A stretch of DNA of 64,000 nucleotides from positions 337,400 through 401,399 of the forward strand of contig CANLEH010000003.1 in NCBI GenBank assembly GCA_947489665.1, in the 5' to 3' direction. The notes beneath the pieces are model-generated. The model worked only from the letters and a program-made list of their open reading frames with translations, was not told where the DNA came from and made no database searches. A program made the position numbers and the translations under genes. Shown in pieces: positions 42,872 to 53,431 of this stretch; the first letter of the stretch is position 1; every line of letters starts with the position of its first letter. The DNA is from an uncultured Roseicyclus sp. GTDB lineage: Bacteria; Pseudomonadota; Alphaproteobacteria; Rhodobacterales; Rhodobacteraceae.

Positions 42872-43321
42872 ATGTTTCGCACCTTCTCCAAGACTCTGAC
42901 CGCTGGTGTTTTGGCCGTCACTCTGGCCGCAACCGGCATCACCGCAACTGCAACGCCCGCCAGCGCGAATGGACATCGCAACAACCAGGGCGCCGAGGCC
43001 GCGGCCATCTTTGGTGGTCTGCTGCTGCTTTATGGGCTCAGCCAGGCCAACCGGAACAACGGCAACCGCCACAACCCCCCGGTGATCCACCAGCCGCAAC
43101 CGCAGCCCCAATATCACCGTATTGCGCCGTCTCGCTGTCATATTCAGGGCCATGGTTACTATGGCAATTACAGCGGCTACCTGCGCCGGTGCATGCAGAA
43201 CCACGCGCAACAGGCGCATCTGCTGCCGTCAAATTGCCTGCGCACGGTTCAGACGCAGCGAGGCCAGCGTCAGATCTACGGCGCGCGTTGCCTGGCGAAC
43301 CATGGCTGGTCGCACGGATAA
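42872..43321 (+). CDS. Hypothetical secreted protein with a duplicated C-terminal two-Cys motif
   Basis: Track ORF 42767..43321 trimmed to ATG 42872 (MFRTFSKTLTAGVLAVTLAATGITATATPASA). It has an Asn/His/Gln/Pro-rich linker, then PSRCHIQGHGYYGNYSGYLRRCMQNH and PSNCLRTVQTQRGQRQIYGARCLANHG. Confidence 0.55.
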   Translation: MFRTFSKTLTAGVLAVTLAATGITATATPASANGHRNNQGAEAAAIFGGLLLLYGLSQANRNNGNRHNPPVIHQPQPQPQYHRIAPSRCHIQGHGYYGNYSGYLRRCMQNHAQQAHLLPSNCLRTVQTQRGQRQIYGARCLANHGWSHG

Positions 43322-43394
43322 CCCCATTGAGAGGCGCAGTCCGGCGGCGTGAGATCGCCGGGCGAGCTGCGCGGCAGTAGCCGACCCGAGCAGC

Positions 43395-43433
43395 GAGGCG
43401 ACGTGACCAACCGGTTGCGTCGCCTCTTTCTTT
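43395..43433 (+). terminator. Rho-independent terminator
   Basis: GAGGCGACG-(14-nt loop)-CGTCGCCTC is followed by TTTCTTT. Confidence 0.65.
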
Positions 43434-43449
43434 GGCCCACATCGCGGGT

Positions 43450-44049
43450 ATGGGACCTGATTTTTCATTGGAAGCGTCGCTTGGCGGCCTTGTCGCAGGG
43501 GTGGATGAAGTGGGCCGGGGTCCCTGGGCCGGGCCAGTGACGGCATGCGCGGTCATTCTAGACCCGGCGCAGATTCCCGAAGGGCTGAACGATTCCAAGA
43601 AACTGTCGGAGGCGCGTCGCGATGCCCTCGCCCTTCAGATTGAGGCCGTCGCAGACGTGTCTCTGGGATGGGCCAGTGTCGAAGAAATCGACACGCTCAA
43701 TATTCGACAGGCAACGTTTCTGGCGATGCGCCGTGCTTTGGGCGGATTGGCACACACCCCGGCCCACGCGCTGATCGACGGCAACGCCGTGCCGCCGGAC
43801 CTGCCATGCGCGGCGACGTGCGTGGTGAAGGGGGATGGCAGGTCCGTTTCCATCGCGGCGGCCTCGATTGTGGCGAAAGTGCGGCGCGACGCCTTGATGA
43901 AGGAGCTTGCGGTGATGCATCCGGGTTACGGTTGGGAGACGAACATGGGCTATGGCACGGCAAAACACACTGCCGGTCTACACGATCTAGGGGTCACCCA
44001 ACATCACCGGCGCAGCTTTGCCCCCATCCACAAGATATTGTGTGGATAA
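43450..44049 (+). CDS. rnhB: Ribonuclease HII
   Basis: Track ORF starts at TTG 43432. ATG 43450 gives MGPDFSLEASLGGLVAGVDEVGRGPWAGPV, the canonical RNase HII N-terminus with the DEVGRG motif. Confidence 0.88.
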   Translation: MGPDFSLEASLGGLVAGVDEVGRGPWAGPVTACAVILDPAQIPEGLNDSKKLSEARRDALALQIEAVADVSLGWASVEEIDTLNIRQATFLAMRRALGGLAHTPAHALIDGNAVPPDLPCAATCVVKGDGRSVSIAAASIVAKVRRDALMKELAVMHPGYGWETNMGYGTAKHTAGLHDLGVTQHHRRSFAPIHKILCG

Positions 44050-44063
44050 AATCGTAAACGGCT

Positions 44064-45262
<1,199 letters not shown>

Positions 45263-45344
45263 GGTTTTTGGGGGCTCCCAAGACCCCCGATCCCGAACCT
45301 TGCCGCCCGCGCGCTTTATCAGGTGTGGCGCGGGCCAACTTCAG

Positions 45345-45370
45345 CCCGCCGGTCTTCCGGCGGGTCTTTT
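45345..45370 (+). terminator. Rho-independent terminator downstream of ccrM
   Basis: CCCGCCGG-tctt-CCGGCGGG is followed by TCTTTT. Confidence 0.7.
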
Positions 45371-45474
45371 CGTGCGCATTGCCCGGAAGTTGCGCATTGG
45401 TCCGTGCCAATCTGGTGCCAGCATCGCGATATGTCTATTTGTGACGAAGGATTATTGGCGCGAAGGGGCTGTCC

Positions 45475-46146
45475 ATGCGACTGAATGCTGATTTCAACGA
45501 ACGGGTTGTCATCCGGCCCCAAGACTACGATTGGGTTTCGTCGCCCGCCAGCGGAGTGGAGCGCATGATGCTTGACCGGATCGGGGATGAGATCGCGCGA
45601 GCAACCACAATCGTGCGGTTCGCCCCGAATTCGAGTTTCGACGCACATTCTCACGGAGGCGGGGAGGAGTTTCTGGTGCTGGATGGCGTCTTCTCGGATG
45701 AACATGCCGACTATCCTGCTGGTACATATGTGCGGAACCCGATCGGCACCTCCCATACCCCCCATATTGGACCTGAGGGCGCAACGATCCTTGTGAAGCT
45801 GTGCCAGTTCGACGAAGCCGACACGGCGCAATTTGCCGTCGACACCAGATCGGCGGAGTTTCTGCCGGGGTCTGCGCCCGGCCTCACGGTGCTTCCCCTG
45901 CATTCGGTCGAAGGCGAAAACGTCGCGCTGGTGCGATGGGCACCCGGCACAAGGTTCTCGCAGCACGCCCATTGTGGCGGCGAAGAAATCTTCGTGATCG
46001 AGGGTACGTTTCAGGATGAGCATGGCGACTATCCGGCGGGCAGTTGGATTCGTTCGCCGCACATGTCGCGGCATACGCCATGGTCGGATGAAGGCTGCCT
46101 GATCTACGTGAAAACCGGACATTTGCCGTTTCAGGCCGCCGCCTGA
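45475..46146 (+). CDS. ChrR-like cupin-domain protein (two cupin halves)
   Basis: 223-aa ORF with HSHGGGEEFLVLDGVFSDEHADYPAGTYVRNP and a second copy HAHCGGEEIFVIEGTFQDEHGDYPAGSWIRSP. It has no N-terminal anti-sigma zinc-binding region. Confidence 0.65.
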   Translation: MRLNADFNERVVIRPQDYDWVSSPASGVERMMLDRIGDEIARATTIVRFAPNSSFDAHSHGGGEEFLVLDGVFSDEHADYPAGTYVRNPIGTSHTPHIGPEGATILVKLCQFDEADTAQFAVDTRSAEFLPGSAPGLTVLPLHSVEGENVALVRWAPGTRFSQHAHCGGEEIFVIEGTFQDEHGDYPAGSWIRSPHMSRHTPWSDEGCLIYVKTGHLPFQAAA

Positions 46147-46197
46147 TTTGGCCATTAGGCGATCCTTCCCTATTTATGAAGGCAGGAGGAATCGCCC

Positions 46198-46827
46198 ATG
46201 AAACTCGCCATTATCGGAGCAAGCCGCGGCATAGGCCGCAAAGCGGTCGACGAAGCGCTGGAGCGCGGCCATCAAGTCCGCGCTATGTCGCGCAGCGCGA
46301 TGGATCTGGAGGCCGAGGGCTTCGAGTGGATGGAGGGCGATGCCACCAACGACGTGGATGTGTTCAACGCGATTGATGGGTGTGACGCGGTGATCCTGAC
46401 GCTTGGTGTGCCGCGCGATGCACGGGTACTGAAGAAGACGACCCTTTTCTCGGATGCCACGCGCGTGCTGATCGCGCAGATGGAGAAAGCCGGGATCAAA
46501 CGATTGCTGACCGTCACCGGGTTCGGCGCGGGCGACTCGGCAGAAAAACTCTCGACACCCGAGAGGCTGACACAGAACGCGTTCCTAGGGCGGGCCTATG
46601 CGGACAAGGATGTGCAGGAGCAATTGATCCGAGAAAGCGATCTGGACTGGACCATCGCGCGCCCGGGCATCCTGAGAGACAATCGAAAAAGCGGCGCGTA
46701 CAAGGTGCTGACCGAAAAGGCGGAGTGGCGCAACGGTCTGATCAGCCGTGCAGATGTTGCGGACTTCCTTGTGACTGCTGCGGAAGGCTCCGAAATGGTT
46801 GGCAAGACGCCGGCGCTGCAGCGCTGA
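46198..46827 (+). CDS. NAD(P)H-binding (atypical SDR / NmrA-like) oxidoreductase
   Basis: 209-aa ORF whose ATG is preceded by AGGAGGA. It has the N-terminal Rossmann motif MKLAIIGASRGIGRK. Confidence 0.7.
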   Translation: MKLAIIGASRGIGRKAVDEALERGHQVRAMSRSAMDLEAEGFEWMEGDATNDVDVFNAIDGCDAVILTLGVPRDARVLKKTTLFSDATRVLIAQMEKAGIKRLLTVTGFGAGDSAEKLSTPERLTQNAFLGRAYADKDVQEQLIRESDLDWTIARPGILRDNRKSGAYKVLTEKAEWRNGLISRADVADFLVTAAEGSEMVGKTPALQR

Positions 46828-46854
46828 TCCACGCCTCTCTGCGGGTCAGCGCCC

Positions 46855-46877
46855 CCATCGTTGTTCAACAAATATGC
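46855..46877 (+). repeat. Conserved 23-nt box, copy C (CCATCGTTGTTCaacAAATATGC), followed by a G-run/C-run hairpin GGGGGGcgaCCCCCC
   Basis: Read directly. It lies 28 nt after the stop of the 46198..46827 gene, between convergent genes. Confidence 0.7.
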
Positions 46878-46944
46878 TGGGGGGTCTGGGGGGCGACCCC
46901 CCCAGTTCGGCGACGACGAAGTCGGCGCAATCCCTCGCGTGCCT

Positions 46945-48078
46945 TCAGCGCGGAAGGGGATGCTGGCCCTTGTTGTAGGCCTGCCAATCCGTGATTTCCG
47001 GATAATACATTTCGCGCCAGCGCCTGACCCGTCTGTTCATGACCCGCTTCCACACAGGCGGCAGCATCGCCACCGCGGTCATGACCGGGTACCCAAATGG
47101 CAGTTGCGGGGCCTCTGCCTCGGTGTAGGTCTGCAATAGGGGAAAGCGGCGGTCGGGCTTATAGTGATGATCCGAATGGCGCTGCAAGTTGATCAGCAAC
47201 CAGTTGGAGGCCTTGTGCGCCGCATTCCAGGAATGGCGTGGCTGAACATGTTCGTATTTGCCGCCACCAAGGTGCTTTCGTGTCAGTCCGTAGTGCTCGA
47301 TGTAGTTGGTCAGTTCCAACTGCCAGATCGCGACAAAGGCCTGGTTGAGGAACATCAGCAGACCGATCCAACCACCGACCATCAGTGCGAGGGCAAGGAA
47401 CCCGGCCTGTAGGGCGAGATATCGCCAGAAGGGGTTGGACCCGTCCCAAACCGGTAGGCCCTTGCGGGCGAGCATCGCTTTTTCTGCACCCCAGGCCGAC
47501 AGCAGCGACTCGCGCAGGACGCGCGGGAAGAAGCGGTGGAAACCTTCGTTGTAGCGCGCCGTCACCGGGTCGCGGCGCGTGCCGACATAGCGGTGATGGA
47601 CCAAAAGGTGCTCGGACCGGAAATGCGAATAAAGGACAGAGGCCAGAAGCACATCACCCAGCCAGCGTTCATGTTTGGGCCGCTGGTGCATCAGTTCGTG
47701 CGAATAGTTGATGCCGATGGTTCCGCTCAGAATCCCAAGGCCGAAGGACAGGGCCCACAACTCGACACCCGACAAGTGATCGGCACTGACCGCATAGGCG
47801 ATGACGCCAAAGATCGTGATGATTTGCAGGGGCGGCCAGATCAGGGTGATGAGGCGGTACCAGAACAATTGCGTGTCCGATGTCGACAGGTCCGCGTTTT
47901 CCAGTTCCAGGCCGGCAAATTGATCAAGGACCGAAAACAGCCACCAAGTACTCAGCGGCACCAGAGCCAGCCACCAGCCGCCTTGCATGGCAACGAAAGC
48001 AATGAGCGGGATCAGCAGAAGGCTCAGCCAGAACGGCAAGGCGCGATGCAGTTTCGCCATGGCGGAGGGTTGGATCAT
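46945..48078 (-). CDS. alkB: Alkane 1-monooxygenase (membrane di-iron hydroxylase, fatty-acid-desaturase fold)
   Basis: It has the histidine boxes HELMHQ, EHLLVHHRYVGT, NYIEHYGL and LQRHSDHH. The start is uncertain: the track gives TTG 48111, I list ATG 48078, and ATG 48060 is also possible. Confidence 0.85.
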   Translation of the reverse strand: MIQPSAMAKLHRALPFWLSLLLIPLIAFVAMQGGWWLALVPLSTWWLFSVLDQFAGLELENADLSTSDTQLFWYRLITLIWPPLQIITIFGVIAYAVSADHLSGVELWALSFGLGILSGTIGINYSHELMHQRPKHERWLGDVLLASVLYSHFRSEHLLVHHRYVGTRRDPVTARYNEGFHRFFPRVLRESLLSAWGAEKAMLARKGLPVWDGSNPFWRYLALQAGFLALALMVGGWIGLLMFLNQAFVAIWQLELTNYIEHYGLTRKHLGGGKYEHVQPRHSWNAAHKASNWLLINLQRHSDHHYKPDRRFPLLQTYTEAEAPQLPFGYPVMTAVAMLPPVWKRVMNRRVRRWREMYYPEITDWQAYNKGQHPLPR

Positions 48079-48107
48079 CGGGTCGTCCTTACGGTTCCCT
48101 TGCAAAA

Positions 48108-49172
48108 TCAACTTTTCGCCCCCGCTGCGTCAACGGTGACGCCACGGCCAAGGTCGAAGGCTTTGCGAAATACGGTAGGCAAGGTACTGGGCGAAAATTG
48201 GGCGACGGGCGTGAACGCGCCGCGGTCGGGTGTCGCATCCTGGTCGGCCTCGGCCACACGCAGCGCAAGCCGAAGGTGGAAATGGGTGAAAGTGTGACGC
48301 ACCTCAAGTTTCGGGTCGTACCAGCTGGCGTTGAGCGGTGGCGTATCCGTGGGCGCTTCGGACCAGTCAGAGGTGGGAAAGGCCAGCATACCGCCCAACA
48401 ACCCCTTGTCTGGCCGTGTTTCCAGCAACAATGCGCCATCGGTTCGGCGCGCGATGTAGACATAGCCAAGGCGTGTCGGCTTTGCCTTTTTCGGCAGCTT
48501 GCGGGGCAACTCAGCGGCGACACCTTGTTTGCGTGCGGCGCATCCTGCCATCAGCGGGCAGATGCCACAGGCGGGCGACTTCGGCGTACAAATCGTGGCG
48601 CCCAGATCCATCAACGCTTGCGCATGATCGCCGGGCCGATGGGTCGGGGTAAGCCGCGTTGCATAGGCCTTGAGCGCCGGCTTGGAGGTCGGCAACGGCT
48701 CTTCCACGCAAAACAAGCGCGACATGACACGCTCGATATTGCCGTCCATGACCGCAGCCTGGCGATTGAACGCGATGGAGGCGATGGCGGCGGCCGTGTA
48801 GGGCCCCACGCCGGGCAAGGTCAGAAGCCCCTCTTCGGTGTCGGGAAACTGGCCGCCGTGCTCTGCCACAACTACTCGCGCGCACTTCAGCAGGTTGCGG
48901 GCGCGGGCGTAGTAGCCAAGGCCCGCCCATTCCCCCATCACCGCCGAATCCTCTGCCGCTGCGAGGTCTGATACGGTTGGCCAAAGCGTCGTGAACCGCT
49001 CAAAATACGCTTTGACGGCTGCAACGGTCGTTTGCTGCAGCATGATTTCGGACATCCAGACGCGGTAGGGATCCGCCGGTTCTGTGGAACCAGGCGGCAC
49101 ACGCCATGGCAAAACGCGGGCATTCGCGTCATACCACGCCAAAAGCTCGCTCCCGATGGCCTCATCACGCAT
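48108..49172 (-). CDS. mutY: A/G-specific adenine DNA glycosylase
   Basis: 354-aa ORF with LPWR, SEIMLQQT and the [4Fe-4S] cluster loop CTPKSPACGICPLMAGC. It has a C-terminal NUDIX-like domain. Confidence 0.9.
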   Translation of the reverse strand: MRDEAIGSELLAWYDANARVLPWRVPPGSTEPADPYRVWMSEIMLQQTTVAAVKAYFERFTTLWPTVSDLAAAEDSAVMGEWAGLGYYARARNLLKCARVVVAEHGGQFPDTEEGLLTLPGVGPYTAAAIASIAFNRQAAVMDGNIERVMSRLFCVEEPLPTSKPALKAYATRLTPTHRPGDHAQALMDLGATICTPKSPACGICPLMAGCAARKQGVAAELPRKLPKKAKPTRLGYVYIARRTDGALLLETRPDKGLLGGMLAFPTSDWSEAPTDTPPLNASWYDPKLEVRHTFTHFHLRLALRVAEADQDATPDRGAFTPVAQFSPSTLPTVFRKAFDLGRGVTVDAAGAKS

Positions 49173-49254
49173 GCGTTATCCAACCTGTGCCGCTTGTTAT
49201 TGGTTAGCACCTCATGAACGCATAGAGTGCGCCTGACGAAAGGATCAACCCGGC

Positions 49255-49791
49255 ATGGCAAAAAGCCCCACACCGACAAATGCTCAGCCGCGCCGCCGAA
49301 TGCGCGGGTTTGAGCGTGCCGTGTCGCTCGTGGGGCCAGAGCTGCGCAGCCCCGCAGAAAAGCGCGGCTTTGCCGAAACCAAGCTGCTCACCCATTGGGC
49401 CGAGATCGTTGGCCCCGATATTGCGGACGTTGCACTGCCGTTAAAGATCAAGTTCGGGCGCGGCATGGGTGGCACCTTGCAGGTGCTGACCACCGGGGCT
49501 CATGCCCCGATGCTGGCCATGCAGAAAGAGGTGATCATCACCCGCGTGAATGCCTGCTACGGCTATTCCGCGATCAAGGATGTGCAGATCACGCAAACCG
49601 CGCCCACCGGCTTTGCCGAGGGCAAAGTCGCCTTTGAAGGCCAAAAGCCGCGCGAAAAGCGCAAACCCGACCCGGCGCGCCTGTCCAATGCGACAGAAGG
49701 GTTGGACACGATCACCGACCCCACGTTGCGCGATGCCTTGCGCAGGCTGGCGGGGAACATAATTAGCAATCAAACGAATTCGAACACCTGA
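49255..49791 (+). CDS. DUF721-domain protein (DciA-like)
   Basis: 178-aa ORF. LLTHWAEIVGPDIADVALPLKI...GTLQVLTTGAHAPMLAMQKEVIITRVN matches the DUF721 pattern. It is divergent from mutY, as in many alphaproteobacteria. Confidence 0.65.
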   Translation: MAKSPTPTNAQPRRRMRGFERAVSLVGPELRSPAEKRGFAETKLLTHWAEIVGPDIADVALPLKIKFGRGMGGTLQVLTTGAHAPMLAMQKEVIITRVNACYGYSAIKDVQITQTAPTGFAEGKVAFEGQKPREKRKPDPARLSNATEGLDTITDPTLRDALRRLAGNIISNQTNSNT

Positions 49792-49801
49792 GGAGATCAC
49801 G

Positions 49802-50488
49802 ATGCATCGCAGAGCCATGTTGTTGGGCGGCGCCACCGGCGTTTTGGGCGCAGGTGGCTACCTGCTTTGGCAGGGCCAAGGCGCACAGGCCCCGGATACG
49901 GCCTCCGACCTTCTGCCCTTCCAGCCTGCCAACGCGCAGGAAGTGTCGGGCGATCTGCCCGAGGTCATCGAGATGTCGAAAGGCAATCCGGACGCGGCGG
50001 TCACGCTGATTGAGTATGCCAGCTTCACCTGCCCGCATTGCCGCAGCTTCCACGAAAACGTCTATCCGCAGCTTGAGGCCAATTATATCGAGCCAGGCCT
50101 GATCAACTTCATCTACCGTGAGGTGTATTTCGATCGCTACGGTCTTTGGGCCGGGATGATGGCGCGTTGCGGCGGCCCGCTGCGGTATTTCGGCATTGTC
50201 GATTTGCTGTATGAAAACCAGTCGGAATGGACGCAAGGCTCCCCCGCCGAGGTGGCCGAGAACCTGCGCCGGATCGGACGTACTGCCGGCCTGACAAACG
50301 AAGAGCTTGATGCTTGCATGACGGACGCCGCCATGGCCGAAGCGATGATCGCCAATTACGAGGCAAATATCGAAGTCCATGACATTCCGGGCACGCCCGC
50401 CTTCGTTCTGAACGACGAGTTGCACGGAAACATGAACTACGCGTCGTTGAGCGGTCTGATTGATGCCGAGCTTGAAGCAGCTGGCTAA
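49802..50488 (+). CDS. DsbA-family thiol:disulfide oxidoreductase
   Basis: 228-aa ORF whose ATG is preceded by GAGGAG. It has a signal/anchor segment and the thioredoxin active site FTCPHC. Confidence 0.8.
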   Translation: MHRRAMLLGGATGVLGAGGYLLWQGQGAQAPDTASDLLPFQPANAQEVSGDLPEVIEMSKGNPDAAVTLIEYASFTCPHCRSFHENVYPQLEANYIEPGLINFIYREVYFDRYGLWAGMMARCGGPLRYFGIVDLLYENQSEWTQGSPAEVAENLRRIGRTAGLTNEELDACMTDAAMAEAMIANYEANIEVHDIPGTPAFVLNDELHGNMNYASLSGLIDAELEAAG

Positions 50489-50491
50489 GAC

Positions 50492-51487
50492 CTAGTCTTC
50501 GTCAGATCCAAGAATACGATCCAGGGCCGCATCAAGCGGCCCTTCTTCGTTGAGGCGTAGGCGTACGGGCAAAGTCGTGACTCGGGCGCGAAACTCGGGC
50601 TTCAGGCGCACCGCGTCCTTTTCGGTCGTGACCACTTGCGCGCCCCTCATGTCGGCCTCGCGGATCAGGCGAGTCATCAGGGTGTCGCTAAGCGGTTGGT
50701 GATCCGCCAAGGCATGCGCCGCATGCAAATCCGCGCCGAGGCTGCGCAGGGTCGCGAAGAATTTCTCTGGATGGCCGATCCCGGCAAAGGCCAGCACCGG
50801 CATTCCATCAAGCGGCAGGCCGGTGGGCAGGGGGACCAACGTGCCAGTCAGATGCGGCTTTGTCACCGATGCGCCCCAACGGTCGGCGAACCTTTGCTGC
50901 GCGGGGTCCGCGCCTATCGACAGCAGCAGATCAGCGCGCGCCATGCCGACGGCGATAGGTTCCCGCAACGGACCTGCTGGCATGACCTTGCCATTGCCGA
51001 AGCCGCGCCACGCGTCGACCACGACAAGCGACAGATCGTGATGCAAAGCGGGGTTCTGGAACCCATCGTCCAGCAGGATCACTTCTGCCCCGGCAGCCAC
51101 CGCCGCGCGTGCACCGGCGGCACGATCCGTTGCAATCCATGCCGGAACGAAGGCGGCCAGCAACAGAGGCTCGTCTCCCACTTCGTCAGCACTGTGGTTG
51201 CGCTCGTCCACCTGTGTCGGCCCCGAAATCGACCCGCCGTACCCACGGCTGACGACATGGGGCTTGAGCCCGCGCCCTCGCAGCTTTTCTGCCAGGGCGA
51301 TTACCGTCGGCGTCTTGCCGGTGCCGCCTGCGTTGATATTGCCGATGCAGATGATTGGCACGGCCACTTTTTCGCGCGGGCCATTTGCCAGCCGCCGTGC
51401 CGTGCCTTTCGCATAAAGTGCGCCAAACGGCGAAAGCAGGGCAGAGGCAAGCCCCGCCGGTTGATGCCAAAAGCCCGGGGCGCGCAT
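50492..51487 (-). CDS. lpxK: Tetraacyldisaccharide 4'-kinase
   Basis: Track ORF 50492..51532 trimmed to ATG 51487 (MRAPGFWHQP), which overlaps the waaA stop (TGATG). It has the P-loop GNINAGGTGKTP. Confidence 0.88.
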   Translation of the reverse strand: MRAPGFWHQPAGLASALLSPFGALYAKGTARRLANGPREKVAVPIICIGNINAGGTGKTPTVIALAEKLRGRGLKPHVVSRGYGGSISGPTQVDERNHSADEVGDEPLLLAAFVPAWIATDRAAGARAAVAAGAEVILLDDGFQNPALHHDLSLVVVDAWRGFGNGKVMPAGPLREPIAVGMARADLLLSIGADPAQQRFADRWGASVTKPHLTGTLVPLPTGLPLDGMPVLAFAGIGHPEKFFATLRSLGADLHAAHALADHQPLSDTLMTRLIREADMRGAQVVTTEKDAVRLKPEFRARVTTLPVRLRLNEEGPLDAALDRILGSDED

Positions 51488-52800
51488 CAGGCTGCGCCTT
51501 TCCGAATGGTGCGCAGCTCCGCCTCGTCCCATGTATCCAGGATCAGGGCCAAGGCCCGGTCCGTCACATCCGCCCCATCCGAAATCACCCCCCAGGCTGA
51601 GGCTGCCATACCCGCCGCCTCCTCCGGGCTGAGAAGGGTGACAACATGGTCCGCCAGCTTTTCGGGCGACGGTGCAAGCCTGGCGGCTTCGGCTTCAGAC
51701 AGGCGTTGGTAGATGTCGACAAAATTCGTCACATAAGGCCCATGCAAGATGGCGGAGCCAAGGGCTGCGGGCTCAAACGGATTGTGCCCGCCAATCGCCA
51801 CAAGCGAGCCGCCCACAAAGCTGATGGGGGCCAGCCTGTACCACAGGCCCATCTCACCCATGGTATCGGCAAGGTAGACTTGTGCATCATCCGTGAGGCT
51901 TTCATCGGCCGCGCGGCGCGTGAAGCGCCAGCCGTCGCTTTGCAGCAGTGTGGCAATTTCATCACCGCGTTCGGGGTGACGGGGCACCAGGATCAACAGC
52001 AAGCGGGGAGAGGCACGCATCGCCATGCGATGGGCCTTCAGCACCAGCTTCTCCTCGCCATCGTGGGTTGAGGCAGCCAACCAGACGGGGCGGCCTGCCA
52101 ACACCTTGGCCAGTTCCGCACGCTCCTCTTCATCACATGGCAGGGCAGCGGCCCCTTCCTTGAGCGTGCCAAGCACTTTCATGCGGTCCGCGGGCATTCC
52201 CAGTCGCCGCAAGTAGCTTTGGGTCAGCTCATCCTGCACCAAGGCCATGTGAAATCGTTCAAGAAGGTTGCGCACAACCCCTTTGGCAAAACGCCATTTG
52301 TCGTGGCTGGCTTTCGACATGCGGGCATTGAGAAGGAGCATCGGAATGCCACGCGCGTCGGTTTCGACGACAAGCGTTGGCCAGAGCTCACTTTCTGTCC
52401 AGATCGCCACATCGGGGCGCCAATGGTCGAGGAATGCGGTCACAAAGGCTTTGGCATCAAGGGGCGCGTAATGGTGGATCGCACGCTCCGGCAGGCGGTC
52501 CGCCATGACTTCGGCCGATGTCACCGTGCCGGTTGTCACGAGCACATGGGCATCGTCACGCTCTTCCAGCACACGGCGGACAAGTTCGAGGATGGCAACG
52601 GACTCACCGACCGAGGCCGCATGGAACCAGATCAAAGGTCCATCAGGCCGGGGCTGGCTTGCGATCCCGCGCCGCTCATCAAGGCGCGGCGCGTCTTCCT
52701 TCCCCGCGGCCACACGCTCGCGCAGTTTGCGCTCGGCAAACGCACGTCCGCCGCGCGCAGACCATGCAAGGTAGAGGCCAAGGAAGATCGAACGCGCCAT
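51487..52800 (-). CDS. waaA: 3-deoxy-D-manno-octulosonic acid (Kdo) transferase
   Basis: 437-aa ORF. WFHAASVGES is the characteristic KdtA motif. It is coupled to lpxK. Confidence 0.88.
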   Translation of the reverse strand: MARSIFLGLYLAWSARGGRAFAERKLRERVAAGKEDAPRLDERRGIASQPRPDGPLIWFHAASVGESVAILELVRRVLEERDDAHVLVTTGTVTSAEVMADRLPERAIHHYAPLDAKAFVTAFLDHWRPDVAIWTESELWPTLVVETDARGIPMLLLNARMSKASHDKWRFAKGVVRNLLERFHMALVQDELTQSYLRRLGMPADRMKVLGTLKEGAAALPCDEEERAELAKVLAGRPVWLAASTHDGEEKLVLKAHRMAMRASPRLLLILVPRHPERGDEIATLLQSDGWRFTRRAADESLTDDAQVYLADTMGEMGLWYRLAPISFVGGSLVAIGGHNPFEPAALGSAILHGPYVTNFVDIYQRLSEAEAARLAPSPEKLADHVVTLLSPEEAAGMAASAWGVISDGADVTDRALALILDTWDEAELRTIRKGAA

Positions 52801-52808
52801 GTCGAGGC

Positions 52809-53054
52809 TTAGCTGCCCAGTTCCTCGGTCGAGGAGGCTTCAGCCTCTTCATCCCTGAGACGGTGAATATGGGCGATGAAATACCGCATATGGGCGTTGT
52901 CCACGGTGCGCTGTGCTTCGGATTTCCAGGCGTCATAGGCGCTGTCGTAATCGCTGAACATGCCGACGATATGGATGTCATCGACGTTCTCGAATTCTGT
53001 CTTCTGCGGGTCGACAAGCTCACCGCCGAAAACAAGGTGCAGGCGTTGGGGCAT
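52809..53054 (-). CDS. DUF4170-domain protein
   Basis: Track ORF 52809..53117 trimmed to ATG 53054, preceded by GGAGAC. The sequence is MPQRLHLVFGGELVDPQKTEFENVDDIHIVGMFSDYDSAYDAWKSEAQRTVDNAHMRYFIAHIHRL. Confidence 0.65.
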   Translation of the reverse strand: MPQRLHLVFGGELVDPQKTEFENVDDIHIVGMFSDYDSAYDAWKSEAQRTVDNAHMRYFIAHIHRLRDEEAEASSTEELGS

Positions 53055-53230
53055 GGGGAGGTCTCCGGTCGTTCTGGATACTGCGTGAACCCTTACGACG
53101 TGTGGCGGGGGCGTCAAGCGACGGGCCCGTTACAAGCGGCTGACAGGATTGTGAGGGTCGGGTTTCCCTGTCTCGCGCCGGGCAACGTGAAGGCGCATAT
53201 TGATGTCATCGAAACGGAGGAACTTTTCCA

Positions 53231-53413
53231 ATGACCAAAGCATTTACCGCTCTGATCGCTGCACTGGCAATTACCGCCACGCTCGCAATCGACACCTCGC
53301 CCGCCCAGGCTTGGTCCTTCGGCGTCGAGGCGCCAGCGACCGTTTCGGGCACTGATCTCGGCTCTGGCCGTGTCAACGGTGTCTCTGGCCTTGATCTCGG
53401 GTCCAGCCGCTAA
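53231..53413 (+). CDS. 60-aa small secreted hypothetical protein
   Basis: ATG is preceded by a good SD (ACGGAGGAA). Signal peptide is MTKAFTALIAALAITATLAIDTSPAQA. It is followed by the C/U-loop hairpins below. Confidence 0.5.
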   Translation: MTKAFTALIAALAITATLAIDTSPAQAWSFGVEAPATVSGTDLGSGRVNGVSGLDLGSSR

Positions 53414-53431
53414 TCCGCGGCGAACCCAATG

